Shown: piece after piece, positions 9,918 through 19,308 of the stretch
Layout of the letters: each line of letters begins with the position of its first letter
Position numbering within the stretch: position 1 is the stretch's first letter
Origin: Longimicrobiales bacterium
GTDB taxonomy: Bacteria > Gemmatimonadota > Gemmatimonadetes > Longimicrobiales > Gaopeijiaceae
Reading direction: 5' to 3'
Assembly (NCBI GenBank): GCA_965219445.1
Contig: CBDCNQ010000002.1
Location: 96,001 to 160,000 of the forward strand
Length of the DNA stretch: 64,000 nt
The notes under the pieces: model-generated
What the model was told of the DNA's origin: nothing
What the model saw: only the letters and a program-made list of their open reading frames with translations
The model's database searches: none
Made by a program: the position numbers and the translations under genes

Positions 9918-10922
9918 ATGGAAATCGATGTCTTCGAGTTGATGGCGAGTGGCCGAACGCTGCTTTTCCTCGCGCCCCAGGCGGGCGTGAGCGAAGCTCC
10001 GTTCCGGAGGCTTTGCCGACGCTTTGGTGCCGACGTCGTATCTACGGAGTTCGTGAGCGCCGATGGCATCATGCAGGGGAACCGCCAGACCCGGAAGCAC
10101 CTCCGGTTCGATGAGGACGAGCGGCCGATCGGAATCCAGATTTTCGGATCGGACCCGAGGACGATGGGCGAGGCCTCTGCGCTGGTATCGGACCTCTTCG
10201 GACCCGACTTCATCGACATCAACTTCGGATGTCCGGTGAAGAAGATCGTGAAACGGAACGGGGGATCGGGTTGCCTTCGTGACCTGGCCCTGGTCGAGCG
10301 CATCATCCGGTCCGTGGTTCGGAATACACATTTACCAGTGACTACCAAGATCCGGAGCGGCTACGATGAGCCCTCGCGTGACCCGGTTGGCATCGCGCTA
10401 CGGTGTCGAGATGCCGGGTCGCGTATGGTGACGCTCCACGCCCGAACCCGAACGGACATGTACGGGGGGCAGGCTCGGTGGGACGAGATCTCTGCTCTTG
10501 TTGAAGCGCTCGACGTGCCCGTAGTCGGTAACGGTGACGTAAACACCGGATTGGACGCCCGACGCATGAAGGACGAGACGGGGTGCGCCGGTGTCATGAT
10601 CGCAAGGGCCTCGCATGGCTCGCCCTGGGTCTTCGCTCAAGCCCGCGCCGCACTGGATGGGGATCCCATCCCGGCCGACCCGAGCGTCGAGGAGCGTTTC
10701 GAGATTTGTCTGGAACATGCGAGGAACGGCATCCGCTTCGAAGACAATCCCAAGAAGTCGCTGATCGACTTCAGAAAGCACCTCGGATGGTATACGAAGG
10801 GTCTTCCGGGTGGACGGGCACTGCGTACGCAGCTGTTCCAGATTACGTCGTTAGACGAGGTCGAGGTCCTGCTCGAAGCCTACCTGGCGCGGCACCTCGC
10901 GGGAGCGGACGAAGCCGCATAA
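9918..10922 (+). CDS. dusB: tRNA-dihydrouridine synthase
   Basis: IDINFGCP, LHARTR, GNGDV, RKHLGWY. Confidence 0.92.
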   Translation: MEIDVFELMASGRTLLFLAPQAGVSEAPFRRLCRRFGADVVSTEFVSADGIMQGNRQTRKHLRFDEDERPIGIQIFGSDPRTMGEASALVSDLFGPDFIDINFGCPVKKIVKRNGGSGCLRDLALVERIIRSVVRNTHLPVTTKIRSGYDEPSRDPVGIALRCRDAGSRMVTLHARTRTDMYGGQARWDEISALVEALDVPVVGNGDVNTGLDARRMKDETGCAGVMIARASHGSPWVFAQARAALDGDPIPADPSVEERFEICLEHARNGIRFEDNPKKSLIDFRKHLGWYTKGLPGGRALRTQLFQITSLDEVEVLLEAYLARHLAGADEAA

Positions 10923-11043
10923 CCGGGTGAGTGGTACCTTACAATATGGAGTTTCCCGCGGATCTTGGACTCCACCCAGGGGGTAAATTCAGACCATAAG
11001 GGCGTAATTCACACGTAGGACGGCCCTAGGCCGGAAGGACATC

Positions 11044-11398
11044 GGGGGCGTCACGGCTTCGACGCGCTTGGTGAATATAGAGTAGCGTGCCGAGGTTCCT
11101 GGGTCCTCGTAAAACCCCTAGGAAAACCTTAATTGCCAACAATGAACTGGCATTGGCTGCGTAACTTCGGTTCGTAGTCCGTTTCCTGATCTGCCTGCCC
11201 GAGGCGGGTCTACGAGACGTCGATGAGTCGGGCTGGTCGCTGGCCGGTGCTGCCCGGGCCAGAGATGAGATGTTCAGGTAGCTAGCTTGGGGGCCGGTTG
11301 CTCGCTCGCCGCCCCAGGCGAACCACTGAGTGACGCTACGCACGTAGAGGCTCTGTAGGACCCATTTGCGGACGCGGGTTCGACTCCCGCCGCCTCCA
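11044..11398 (+). ncRNA. ssrA: tmRNA; tag peptide (A)NNELALAA* at 11135-11164
   Basis: 5' GGGGGCG...TTCGAC, 3' T-arm GCGGGTTCGACTCCCGC and acceptor strand CGCCTCC-A; tag frame gcc aac aat gaa ctg gca ttg gct gcg taa. CCA is not encoded. Confidence 0.97.
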
Positions 11399-11402
11399 CT
11401 TC

Positions 11403-11442
11403 AGAGGGACCGGACCATTTCGATGGTTCGGTCTTTTCTGTT
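11403..11442 (+). terminator. Intrinsic terminator of ssrA and target of the intron
   Basis: Stem gaccggaccat-TTCG-atggttcggtc followed by ttttctgtt. Confidence 0.85.
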
Positions 11443-13342
11443 GTGGGCCCGGCATGGGCGATGACTTGGAGGTGAAAGTCCTCCCGGAACCTGGTCGCAG
11501 GGACCGAAGGGAAGCGCAAGGCGTTCGTCGTGAGGCGTACGCTGAACGAAGCGTGAAACGAACCCGTGAGTCGACGAACAGGAACCGGATACGAGGCGCT
11601 GCGGACCGGGGCGAGCGGACCACTGACCGCGAAGCTCCTGCGACCAAGGGGAAGCGGCGTAGATCCGGCGATTGTGCGGGGAAGGTCATCGTTCTTACCC
11701 GGGGAGGTCTCGCCTGACGCCTGAAAGGGTGACGCCGGCACTGCGCTGTTGGGCCTGCCGGCGGAGCGAGAAGTCAGCAGAGGCCATAGTAGGCCGACGA
11801 AGTGCATGATGCGCTTGGACCCAGCTTTGTCGGACGAAGGGCCGAACGGAGAGGAGAGCGTGACGACCGTGGACCTCGGCAAGGCCATGCGCCAGGAGTC
11901 CAGGCAACTGGGGCTCCCACTGGAGGATAGGGGTGAAGCCCCGAAGGTAGAGGGGAGTGGCGAAGCCGGAACGGTGGCCCATGGAGACGAGCGCTCAGGA
12001 AGCGAGCATCTCCTGATGCAGGAGGTGGTCGGGCGTGCCAACCTCGTAGGAGCGTTGAAACGCGTGCGGCAGAATAAGGGCAGTCCGGGCATCGACGGGA
12101 TGAACGTGGAGGAGCTGCCAGAGTACTTGCGCAGGCACTGGGGGGAGATCCGACAGCGGTTGCTGGCGGGGACCTACCAACCGAAGCCGGTACGAAGGCA
12201 GGAGATACCGAAGAGTGGGGGAGGGGTCCGGGAGTTGGGGATTCCGACCGTGCTGGACCGGTTCATCCAACAAGCCATCCTGCAGGTGCTGCAACCGAGG
12301 TTCGACCCGACGTTCAGTCGGCACAGCCACGGCTTCCGGCCTGGGCGCCGAGCACACGATGCGGTGCGCGAAGCGCAGCAATACATCCAGGAAGGGAGAC
12401 GATGGGTGGTGGATGTGGACCTGGAGAAGTTTTTCGACCGGGTGAACCACGACGTGCTGATGGGGCGGCTGGCAAAGCGGATCGAGGATAAGGCGATGCT
12501 GCGGATCCTCCGTCGCTACCTGGAAGCCGGAGTCATGGCGAACGGGGTGGTGATGGAGCGGCACATGGGGACGCCTCAGGGCGGACCGTTGTCGCCGTTG
12601 CTGGCGAACGTGCTCCTGGACGAAGTGGACAAGGAGTTGGAGCTACGCGGACACGCGTTTGTCCGGTACGCCGATGACTGCAATGTATACGTGCGGTCGA
12701 GGCGGGCAGGACAACGTGTGATGCAGGCGCTGAGGCACTTGTACGGGAAACTTCGGCTTCAGGTCAACGAGGAAAAGAGCGCGGTGGCGCGAGTGTGGGA
12801 TCGACAGTTCCTGGGCTACAGCTTCTGGGTAGCGGCAGGGAAGGTCGTGAAGCGCCGGGTCAGCAAGAAGGCCCTGACGAAGTTCAAGGAGCGAGTCCGG
12901 CAGATTACAAGCCGGAGTGGCGGGCGGAGCCTGCAACAGGTGGCAGAAGAGCTACGGCGCTACGTGCTGGGGTGGAAGGCATACTTCGGCTTAGCGGATA
13001 CACCGGGGGTTTTCCGAGACCTGGACCAATGGATCCACCGCCGGCTGCGTACGTTGCAATTACGCCAGTGGAAACGGGGAAGGACAGCGTACCGGGAGTT
13101 GAGGGCTCGCGGTGTGAGCGAGAACCTCGCCTGGCGAGCTGCTCGGTTCGCGCGAAGCTGGTGGCACGTGGCCGCGCACCACGCCCTGCACACGGCCTTG
13201 CCAGGGGCGTACTTCGACGAGCTGGGTGTGCCCCGGCTCACGCCGTACTGACCTCAACTCACCGAACCGCCAGGTGCGGACCCGCATGCCTGGTGGTGTG
13301 GGAGGGGAAGGACCGGGAACGCCGGTCCTCCCCTATCCCGAT
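11443..13342 (+). mobile_element. Group II intron, class IIC
   Basis: 5' GTGGGCCCGGCATGGG, DI end TTCTTACCCGGGGAGGTCT, DIII AAGTCAGCAGAGGCCATAGTA, short DV ACCGCCAGGTGCGGACCCGCATGCCTGGTGGT with CGC triad, DVI ending CCTATCCCGAT; inserted just after a terminator. Confidence 0.93.
11860..13251 (+). CDS. ltrA: Group II intron reverse transcriptase/maturase without endonuclease domain
   Basis: GIDG, RELGIPTVLDR, DLEKFFD, GTPQGGPLSPLL, YADD, X domain GWKAYF; GTG after GAGGAG. Confidence 0.95.
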   Translation: MTTVDLGKAMRQESRQLGLPLEDRGEAPKVEGSGEAGTVAHGDERSGSEHLLMQEVVGRANLVGALKRVRQNKGSPGIDGMNVEELPEYLRRHWGEIRQRLLAGTYQPKPVRRQEIPKSGGGVRELGIPTVLDRFIQQAILQVLQPRFDPTFSRHSHGFRPGRRAHDAVREAQQYIQEGRRWVVDVDLEKFFDRVNHDVLMGRLAKRIEDKAMLRILRRYLEAGVMANGVVMERHMGTPQGGPLSPLLANVLLDEVDKELELRGHAFVRYADDCNVYVRSRRAGQRVMQALRHLYGKLRLQVNEEKSAVARVWDRQFLGYSFWVAAGKVVKRRVSKKALTKFKERVRQITSRSGGRSLQQVAEELRRYVLGWKAYFGLADTPGVFRDLDQWIHRRLRTLQLRQWKRGRTAYRELRARGVSENLAWRAARFARSWWHVAAHHALHTALPGAYFDELGVPRLTPY

Positions 13343-13360
13343 CATGCGTTCTGGGTGTTT

Positions 13361-13383
13361 AGGCGGCGGGAGTTGAACCCGCG
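13361..13383 (-). repeat. Inverted copy of the tmRNA 3' end
   Basis: Reverse complement cgcgggttcaactcccgccgcct matches 11373-11395 at 22/23 nt. Confidence 0.85.
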
Positions 13384-13634
13384 CGGACTCGGGCGAAGCT
13401 CGAGGACGCAACGCGGCGTTCGAGCCGAGGAGGAAGAGTGCTCTCGAAGATCCTCGCGCTGACCGACGAGCCGACCGAGGATCGGCGCGAAGCGCCGACC
13501 GCAGGTCACCCCCCCCGCCCCTGATATCAAAGCTGAGGACATCATCAATCGCCGGTCAGGGCTTCTTGGATTTCAGGGGCGTGTCGCCGTCACCTCGACG
13601 GTAATGTGTTCGACGAGCTGACATAGCCGCGAGC

Positions 13635-13661
13635 CCGGAGGCCGCTTCGAGCGGCCCCCGG
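13635..13661 (-). terminator. Hairpin downstream of glnA, possible terminator
   Basis: ccggaggccgc-ttcga-gcggcccccgg; no clear U-tract. Confidence 0.4.
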
Positions 13662-13676
13662 AAGCCAGCGGGGCCT

Positions 13677-15089
13677 CTAGTTGTCGTAGTAGAGATAGAA
13701 CTCGTGCGGATGCGGGCGGAGACGGAGCTCTTCTACCTCGTTCTCCATCTTGTAGGAGATCCACTCCTCTATGAGGTCGTCGGTGAAGACGTTGCCTTTG
13801 GTCAGAAACGCATGGTCCTCACCGAGGGCTTGAAGCGCCTCGTCGAGTGAGCCCGGGGTGTGCGGCCACTCGGCGAGCTCCTCGGACGTCATGTCGTAGG
13901 TGTCCCGGTCGAGCGGATCACCCGGATCCAGCTTGTTCTCGATGCCGTCGAGGGCCGCCATGAGCATGGCCGAGAACGTCAGGTAGCCATTGCACGTCGG
14001 ATCCGGGCACCGGAACTCGAGCCGCTTCGCCTTCGGGTTCGCTGAGTACATGGGGATTCGCACGGCCGCCGAGCGGTTGCGCTGCGAGTACGCCAAGTTG
14101 ACCGGTGCCTCGAAACCCGGCACCAGACGCCGGTACGAGTTGCTCGTCGGTGCCGCGAACGCCAAGACGGCCGGGGCGTGCTTGAGCACGCCCGCGATCG
14201 CGTGCATTGCGAGGTCGCTCAGGCCCGCGTAGCCGTCTCCAGCGAAGAGTGGGTTCCCGTCCTTCCACAGCGACATATGCGTGTGCATCCCGCTCCCGTT
14301 GTCGTTGAACACCGGCTTCGGCATGAACGTCACCGTCTTGTCCGCCTTCTTCGCCACGTTGCGAACGATGTACTTGTACCACGCGAAGTGATCCGACATC
14401 TGCAGAAGCGGCGCAAACTCCATGTCGATCTCGGCCTGGCCCGCCGTGCCCACCTCGTGGTGGTGCGCCTCCACGACGATCCCGATGTCGTTCAGCGCGT
14501 ACACCATCTCGCCTCTGAGATCGTGATACGTGTCCGTCGGGCTCACCGGGAAGTAGCCACCCTTGTAGCTCGGTTTGTAGCCCAGGTTCGGCTCCTCGAA
14601 GCGTGCCGTGTTCCACGCGCCCTCCACCGAGTCGATCTCGTAGAAGCCGTGATGCTCGTTCTGCTCGTAGCGCACGGTGTCGAAGATGAAGAACTCCGGC
14701 TCCGGCCCGATGTTGCATGTGTCGGCGATCCCCGTCGACCTCAGGTGCGCCTCCGCCTTGCGCGCCACGTGCCTGGGGTCGCGCGTGTAGTCCTCCCTCG
14801 TGACCGGGTCCACGATGTTGGCGATCACGCTCACCGTCGGCCGCTGGAAGAACGGATCGAGCGCCGCCGTCGACGCATCCGGCACGGCCAGCATGTCCGA
14901 CTGGTGGATGTCCTGCCAGCCCCGGACCGACGACCCGTCGAATCCAACCCCGTCCTCGAACGTCCCCTCGTCCCACGTCTCGATCGGGAACGAGCAGTGC
15001 TGCCACGAGCCCAGTAGGTCCGTGAACTTCAGATCCACCATCTTCGCGTCGTGCTTCTTGGCGAACTCAAAAAACTCTTTTGGTGTCAT
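13677..15089 (-). CDS. glnA: Type I glutamine synthetase (GSI-beta-like)
   Basis: [59 protein letters not shown]; has the [16 protein letters not shown] insertion and a Tyr at the adenylylation site (DTYDM). Confidence 0.97.
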   Translation of the reverse strand: MTPKEFFEFAKKHDAKMVDLKFTDLLGSWQHCSFPIETWDEGTFEDGVGFDGSSVRGWQDIHQSDMLAVPDASTAALDPFFQRPTVSVIANIVDPVTREDYTRDPRHVARKAEAHLRSTGIADTCNIGPEPEFFIFDTVRYEQNEHHGFYEIDSVEGAWNTARFEEPNLGYKPSYKGGYFPVSPTDTYHDLRGEMVYALNDIGIVVEAHHHEVGTAGQAEIDMEFAPLLQMSDHFAWYKYIVRNVAKKADKTVTFMPKPVFNDNGSGMHTHMSLWKDGNPLFAGDGYAGLSDLAMHAIAGVLKHAPAVLAFAAPTSNSYRRLVPGFEAPVNLAYSQRNRSAAVRIPMYSANPKAKRLEFRCPDPTCNGYLTFSAMLMAALDGIENKLDPGDPLDRDTYDMTSEELAEWPHTPGSLDEALQALGEDHAFLTKGNVFTDDLIEEWISYKMENEVEELRLRPHPHEFYLYYDN

Positions 15090-15265
15090 GGTCGTGTTTG
15101 GCTGTAGGTGATCGTGAGTGCTTTTCTCGGTGCGGAGGGAGGCTTGCTGGCATGGAGCAGTACCCTATCGCCGCCGGCAGAGTACATTGGGATCGTACGT
15201 GGGGGCAAGGGGGCGACTATGTTCGGGCCAGGTAGTAGGGCCGGCGGCGGCGATCCGAACGCCTC

Positions 15266-16504
15266 CTAGTCCAGAATCGGATCGGAGGCGGCGTTCTCGC
15301 GCCGCGCCAGCCCGAGAAAGGGCAGTGCCACCGCCTGGATCGCCGCGCTGAGCAGATACGAGGTGGAGTAGCTCCAGACGTCGACACTGCGCCCGAGCGC
15401 TGGCTGGATGACCACACCGCCAGCCGAGCCCATGAGGCTGTCGAAGGACAGAACGGTCGCACGTTGCTCAGACGGGATGATGCCGTTCACGTACGCCTGA
15501 CGAATGGGTGACGAGACCGAGAAGCCAATTGCCCAGAGGATGAGCGAGGCGATCGCTACCCAGAAACTGCCCGTCAGGCCGATGATGGCCAGGGCGCCGA
15601 CACTGACCAGCGTCGTCAGCAACAAGGCGTGAGTGCGTCGAGCAAATAACTTGCGGACTCGTGGGGCGATGAGGCCACCGACGATCTGCGCGCCGGCCAC
15701 GATTGCCGCCGCCAGGCCCGCAATGCCAAATGCTGTCTCGTCCCCCCACAGCTCCAGCAGGTAAGGCTGCATCGCGAAGAACGCGTAGATACCCACGCTG
15801 CCTGAGAAAGGGGCAGCCAGCATCAGCCAACGCATCGGGGGATTGTGCCATCCGTTGTCGATCGACGCACGGACGATCTTCTTCATTTCGGTGATCGGGT
15901 TCGCCCCGTGGACAGGCGTGAAGCCCAGATCCCGCATGAGCAGCAGCGCGACCAAAAAAGTTAGGCCGAGCATTGCCGCGCGGAGGATGTAGGGCACGCC
16001 CAGGTTGGTGACCTGGGCGATGTAGCCGCCCGCGATGGCCCCGGTGAGCATTGCGATGCCCGAGGTGGTTTGACCCTTGGCGAACACCGACTCGAGCGGG
16101 CCCTCGAACCCTGTCACCTCGAGTGCGTCCACCAACCACGCCTCCACGGCGCCAGAGAAAAAGGTGAACCCCAGCCCGATCGTCAGCGAGGCGACGACCC
16201 ACCCCCAGAACGGACCGTGGATCTGCCACATCCACAGATAGAGCAACGTCGAAACGAGCAGGGTGGCTGCGCCAAGGAGAAAGGACGCTCGCCGTCCCCA
16301 CATATCGGCGACGACCCCGGTCGGAACTTCGAACAGCATCATGCCGGCGCTGAACGCGGCGTTGGCTCCGAATGCCTCGAGGTTGTTGAGGCCTGCGTCG
16401 AGCAGGAAGAGTGTGTTGATCCCCCAGATGAATGACGCTGCAAACGTATTCAGCAGGGTGAGCAAGAGATATACGCGCGTGACGCGCTTGCCGCCGTCGT
16501 TCAT
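15266..16504 (-). CDS. MFS transporter
   Basis: About 12 hydrophobic segments; FEVPTGVVADMWGRR motif A; RATVLS. Confidence 0.9.
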   Translation of the reverse strand: MNDGGKRVTRVYLLLTLLNTFAASFIWGINTLFLLDAGLNNLEAFGANAAFSAGMMLFEVPTGVVADMWGRRASFLLGAATLLVSTLLYLWMWQIHGPFWGWVVASLTIGLGFTFFSGAVEAWLVDALEVTGFEGPLESVFAKGQTTSGIAMLTGAIAGGYIAQVTNLGVPYILRAAMLGLTFLVALLLMRDLGFTPVHGANPITEMKKIVRASIDNGWHNPPMRWLMLAAPFSGSVGIYAFFAMQPYLLELWGDETAFGIAGLAAAIVAGAQIVGGLIAPRVRKLFARRTHALLLTTLVSVGALAIIGLTGSFWVAIASLILWAIGFSVSSPIRQAYVNGIIPSEQRATVLSFDSLMGSAGGVVIQPALGRSVDVWSYSTSYLLSAAIQAVALPFLGLARRENAASDPILD

Positions 16505-16756
16505 GGAGTGGTTGTATTACTCTCGGTTCGCACTGGGGCTTTCAGTCTCGACGGATAGGACGTTCAAGCGGGTTCCTTGGCAAGAGGTGCGGTGGTTCCT
16601 AAGGCGAACGCCGATCTCGCGATGGATCCCGCATGTCCAAAAGAGATCTCCGTCGATGTCAGTGTGCGGTTGAACCGTGACTTGCCGATGGCCGTGTCCT
16701 CTTGCGCTGGGTTATCGGGCGGGAAACGTTACGGCTCCCCTCACCCGGAGAGCCGT

Positions 16757-17323
16757 ATGGTGCCCCTGCTAGATCTGTGGCTGCCCATTCTGTTGTCCAC
16801 CGTAGCGGTGTTCATCTTGAGTTTTCTCGTATGGACGGCGTTTCCCCATCACAAGTCCGACTTCAAGAAACTCCCCGATGAAGACGGCACGATCAACGCC
16901 TTGCGAGGACGGCCTCCCGAGCCTGGCGCTTACATGTTGCCGCGTGCCTGGACACACGCGGAGGTACAGGATCCTGAAATCGCACAAAAGCTGACCCAAG
17001 GTCCGGTCGGGTTCATCACCATCGTGCCGTCCGGCATGCCCACCATGGCCACTATGGGAAAGAAGTTCGTACAGCTTTTCGCTTTCTACTTGGTGTTGTC
17101 CGTGCTGGTGGCGTACGTGACGGGTACGGGGTTCGCGACGGACGCCGCCGTGATGGATGTCTTCCGGGTCTCGGCCACCGTAGCCGCAATGGGACACGGC
17201 ACCGGGGTCATCACGGCCGCCGTGTATTTCGGAACTCCGTGGAGCAACACGTGGAAACACGTGATCGACGCCGTGATCTACGGTCTCGCTACCGGCGCGA
17301 TTTTCGCCGCGCTGTGGCCGTAA
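16757..17323 (+). CDS. Membrane protein of unknown function (about 4 TM)
   Basis: ATG after GGAG; LWLPILLS...PHHKSDF..LPDED; hydrophobic segments. Confidence 0.75.
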   Translation: MVPLLDLWLPILLSTVAVFILSFLVWTAFPHHKSDFKKLPDEDGTINALRGRPPEPGAYMLPRAWTHAEVQDPEIAQKLTQGPVGFITIVPSGMPTMATMGKKFVQLFAFYLVLSVLVAYVTGTGFATDAAVMDVFRVSATVAAMGHGTGVITAAVYFGTPWSNTWKHVIDAVIYGLATGAIFAALWP

Positions 17324-17397
17324 AGGTAGTGAGAGGTGAGAAAGAGGCCATTGGGAACGAGGAGGCCGGACAGAGCGATGGAGCAATCACGTTGGCA

Positions 17398-17751
17398 TCA
17401 TCGCTCTGACCATACGGCCAACTCATTTCCGCTCGGATCGGCGAAGTGAAAGCGTCGTCCACCTGGAAACTCGAATGTCTCTCGGACAATCCGCCCCCCA
17501 CGCTCGACGACTCGGGCTTCGATCTCTGCCAAGTTCGTGGAATAAAGCACGACTAATGGACCGCCTGTCTGCACCTCCGGCGCCATACCAAAACCGCCGG
17601 CTAGTCGACCGTCGGTGAAGCTCGTGTAGTCAGGGCCGTAGTCAGTGAACTCCCAAGCGAAAACCTCTGAGTAGAACCTCTTGGTCTCCTCAATGTCCGT
17701 GGTCGGAAACTCGATGTAGTCCACACGACGGTCCTGTTCTGCTTGGCTCAC
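17398..17751 (-). CDS. VOC/glyoxalase family protein
   Basis: DYIEF, FYSEVFAWEF, FPGGRRFHFADPSGNELAVW. Confidence 0.9.
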   Translation of the reverse strand: MSQAEQDRRVDYIEFPTTDIEETKRFYSEVFAWEFTDYGPDYTSFTDGRLAGGFGMAPEVQTGGPLVVLYSTNLAEIEARVVERGGRIVRETFEFPGGRRFHFADPSGNELAVWSER

Positions 17752-17962
17752 GAGTTCGTCTCCCTTTCGCTAGTCAGGCGCGACTAATGTGGTGGCCGCG
17801 AGCGAAGCACGCGACCCTTCATGGGGCTGTGGGGCCGCGTGAGCCACCACGGTTTGCCCCACACCAACCCGATCCATTACCCTTTCGATCCCTTGCAGAA
17901 AATGCCTTCGTGTTAGATTTCTCACTCCGGAATACGCCCGCACCCGAGAGATTGCCGACCCA

Positions 17963-18490
17963 GTGAAAGAGAAGCTTATTGTTTTCACCGCGATTATTCC
18001 GTCGGTCCTCGTCCTGGATTTCATCACGAAGCGGTGGGCACTGACCACCCTCGACGGAGGGAATCGACTGGAGCTTCTGGGTGGGTTGGTACCACTCACC
18101 TTGGCCTTCAACCGCGGTGCCGCCTTCGGGATATCCGTCGGAGACGATTCGCGGTGGTTCTTCATACCCATCACGCTTCTGGCGCTGCTGCTGCTGCTCG
18201 TGCTTCTGCGACAGGCGGGGCGGCGGGATTGGCTCCGACTGGTCTCCATTTCAATGGTGGTGGCCGGTGCTCTGGGGAATCTCTACGATCGGGTGCGCTG
18301 GAATCGGGGCGTGGTGGACTTCATCGGTCCGATCGATTTGGGGCTCATGGATTGGCCGATCTTCAACGTGGCCGACATGTCGATCACCTGCGGCGCAGTG
18401 CTGCTGGCGATTTCGTTTTGGGGTGAGGAGCGGCGGGAACGTGCCGCAGCGATGGTTCTGGAGAAGGGCGGACCTACCGCTGCCGGCTGA
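17963..18490 (+). CDS. lspA: Lipoprotein signal peptidase II
   Basis: DFITK, NRGAAFG, GALGNLYDR, VVDFI, FNVAD. Confidence 0.95.
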   Translation: MKEKLIVFTAIIPSVLVLDFITKRWALTTLDGGNRLELLGGLVPLTLAFNRGAAFGISVGDDSRWFFIPITLLALLLLLVLLRQAGRRDWLRLVSISMVVAGALGNLYDRVRWNRGVVDFIGPIDLGLMDWPIFNVADMSITCGAVLLAISFWGEERRERAAAMVLEKGGPTAAG

Positions 18491-18527
18491 TCCGGCCGCG
18501 GCCCACGCATGGGTCTGCGGGCCAGCG

Positions 18528-18578
18528 AAAAAGAGAGCGGGTGCTGGGTAGATCCCTGCACCCGCTCTCTTCTCTCTT
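18528..18578. terminator. Bidirectional intrinsic terminator
   Basis: 14-bp stem aagagagcgggtgc/gcacccgctctctt with A-rich and T-rich flanks, between convergent lspA and the glnA pseudogene. Confidence 0.75.
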
Positions 18579-18589
18579 GGCAAACCCGA

Positions 18590-19116
18590 CTAGAGCTTCA
18601 GGTGCTCTTGCAGGTCGCAATGGGAGACGTGGAGCCTGAACTTGTCGATCTCGGCGAGCTTGGTCTCATGAGTTTCTCGTGGACGTGGGTCCCGAGCGCG
18701 TCCTTGAGGAACTCGCTGTGCTCGGCCACTTGGACCGCTTCGTAGAGATCGTGCGGCAGCGACGCAATGTCTAACTCTTCCCGCTCGACCGGAGTGAGCT
18801 CGTAGAGATCCTTCGACACCGGATCCGGGACCGGAGCCTTCTTGTCCACACCATCGAGCCCGGCGGAAAGCATGACGCTGAACGCGAGGTACGGGTTACA
18901 CGTCGGATCGGGGAAGCGCAGCTCCATCCGTGTAGCCACCTCATTGATGGTACTCGACCGGCACGGCCATGGCTTCCAGCGCGAACACCGTCGCCTCACG
19001 GATGTCGTCCCCGGCGTCTACGGGGTTGATGTCGAAGTACCCCGCCTGGTCGAGCAGGCCTGGGCCAGTCTCGTCCTTGAAATAGAAGTAGTCGGGAAGG
19101 GGGCGGTGGTGAACCC
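18590..19116 (-). pseudogene. glnA: Degraded glutamine synthetase (GSI-alpha-like)
   Basis: YFYFKD..LLDQAGYFD...VEYH, frameshift in HHEVA (cat caat gag gtg gct), direct jump to RMELRFPDPTCNPYLAF, second frameshift before TKLAEIDKFRLHVS...L*; N-terminus absent. Confidence 0.88.
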
Positions 19117-19308
19117 GATGCGACACCCCTCAAAGAAAAGACCAAGCCGGTGGATCTCTCGCCATCAGCCTGGCCGAATATGCGGTCCTTGGGGACCCTG
19201 CGAAACAGCCCGTCGGGCGGTTGCCGGCCACCGGGATCGTTGACAGTTTCCGAGCGCGTTCGAGGCGCTTCTGCCTGTTTCCGAGGTCAGACTACCGCCG
19301 GAGTTTTC

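Noticed and set aside
11860..13251. Reverse transcriptase as a retron, DGR or defence RT
   Set aside because: Flanking group II intron domains and a maturase X domain are present; no template/variable repeat pair or msr-msd was seen.
15090..15265. Glutamine riboswitch in the glnA leader
   Set aside because: No recognisable consensus; only a weak sigma-70-like TTGCCC-N18-TACTCT on the minus strand.
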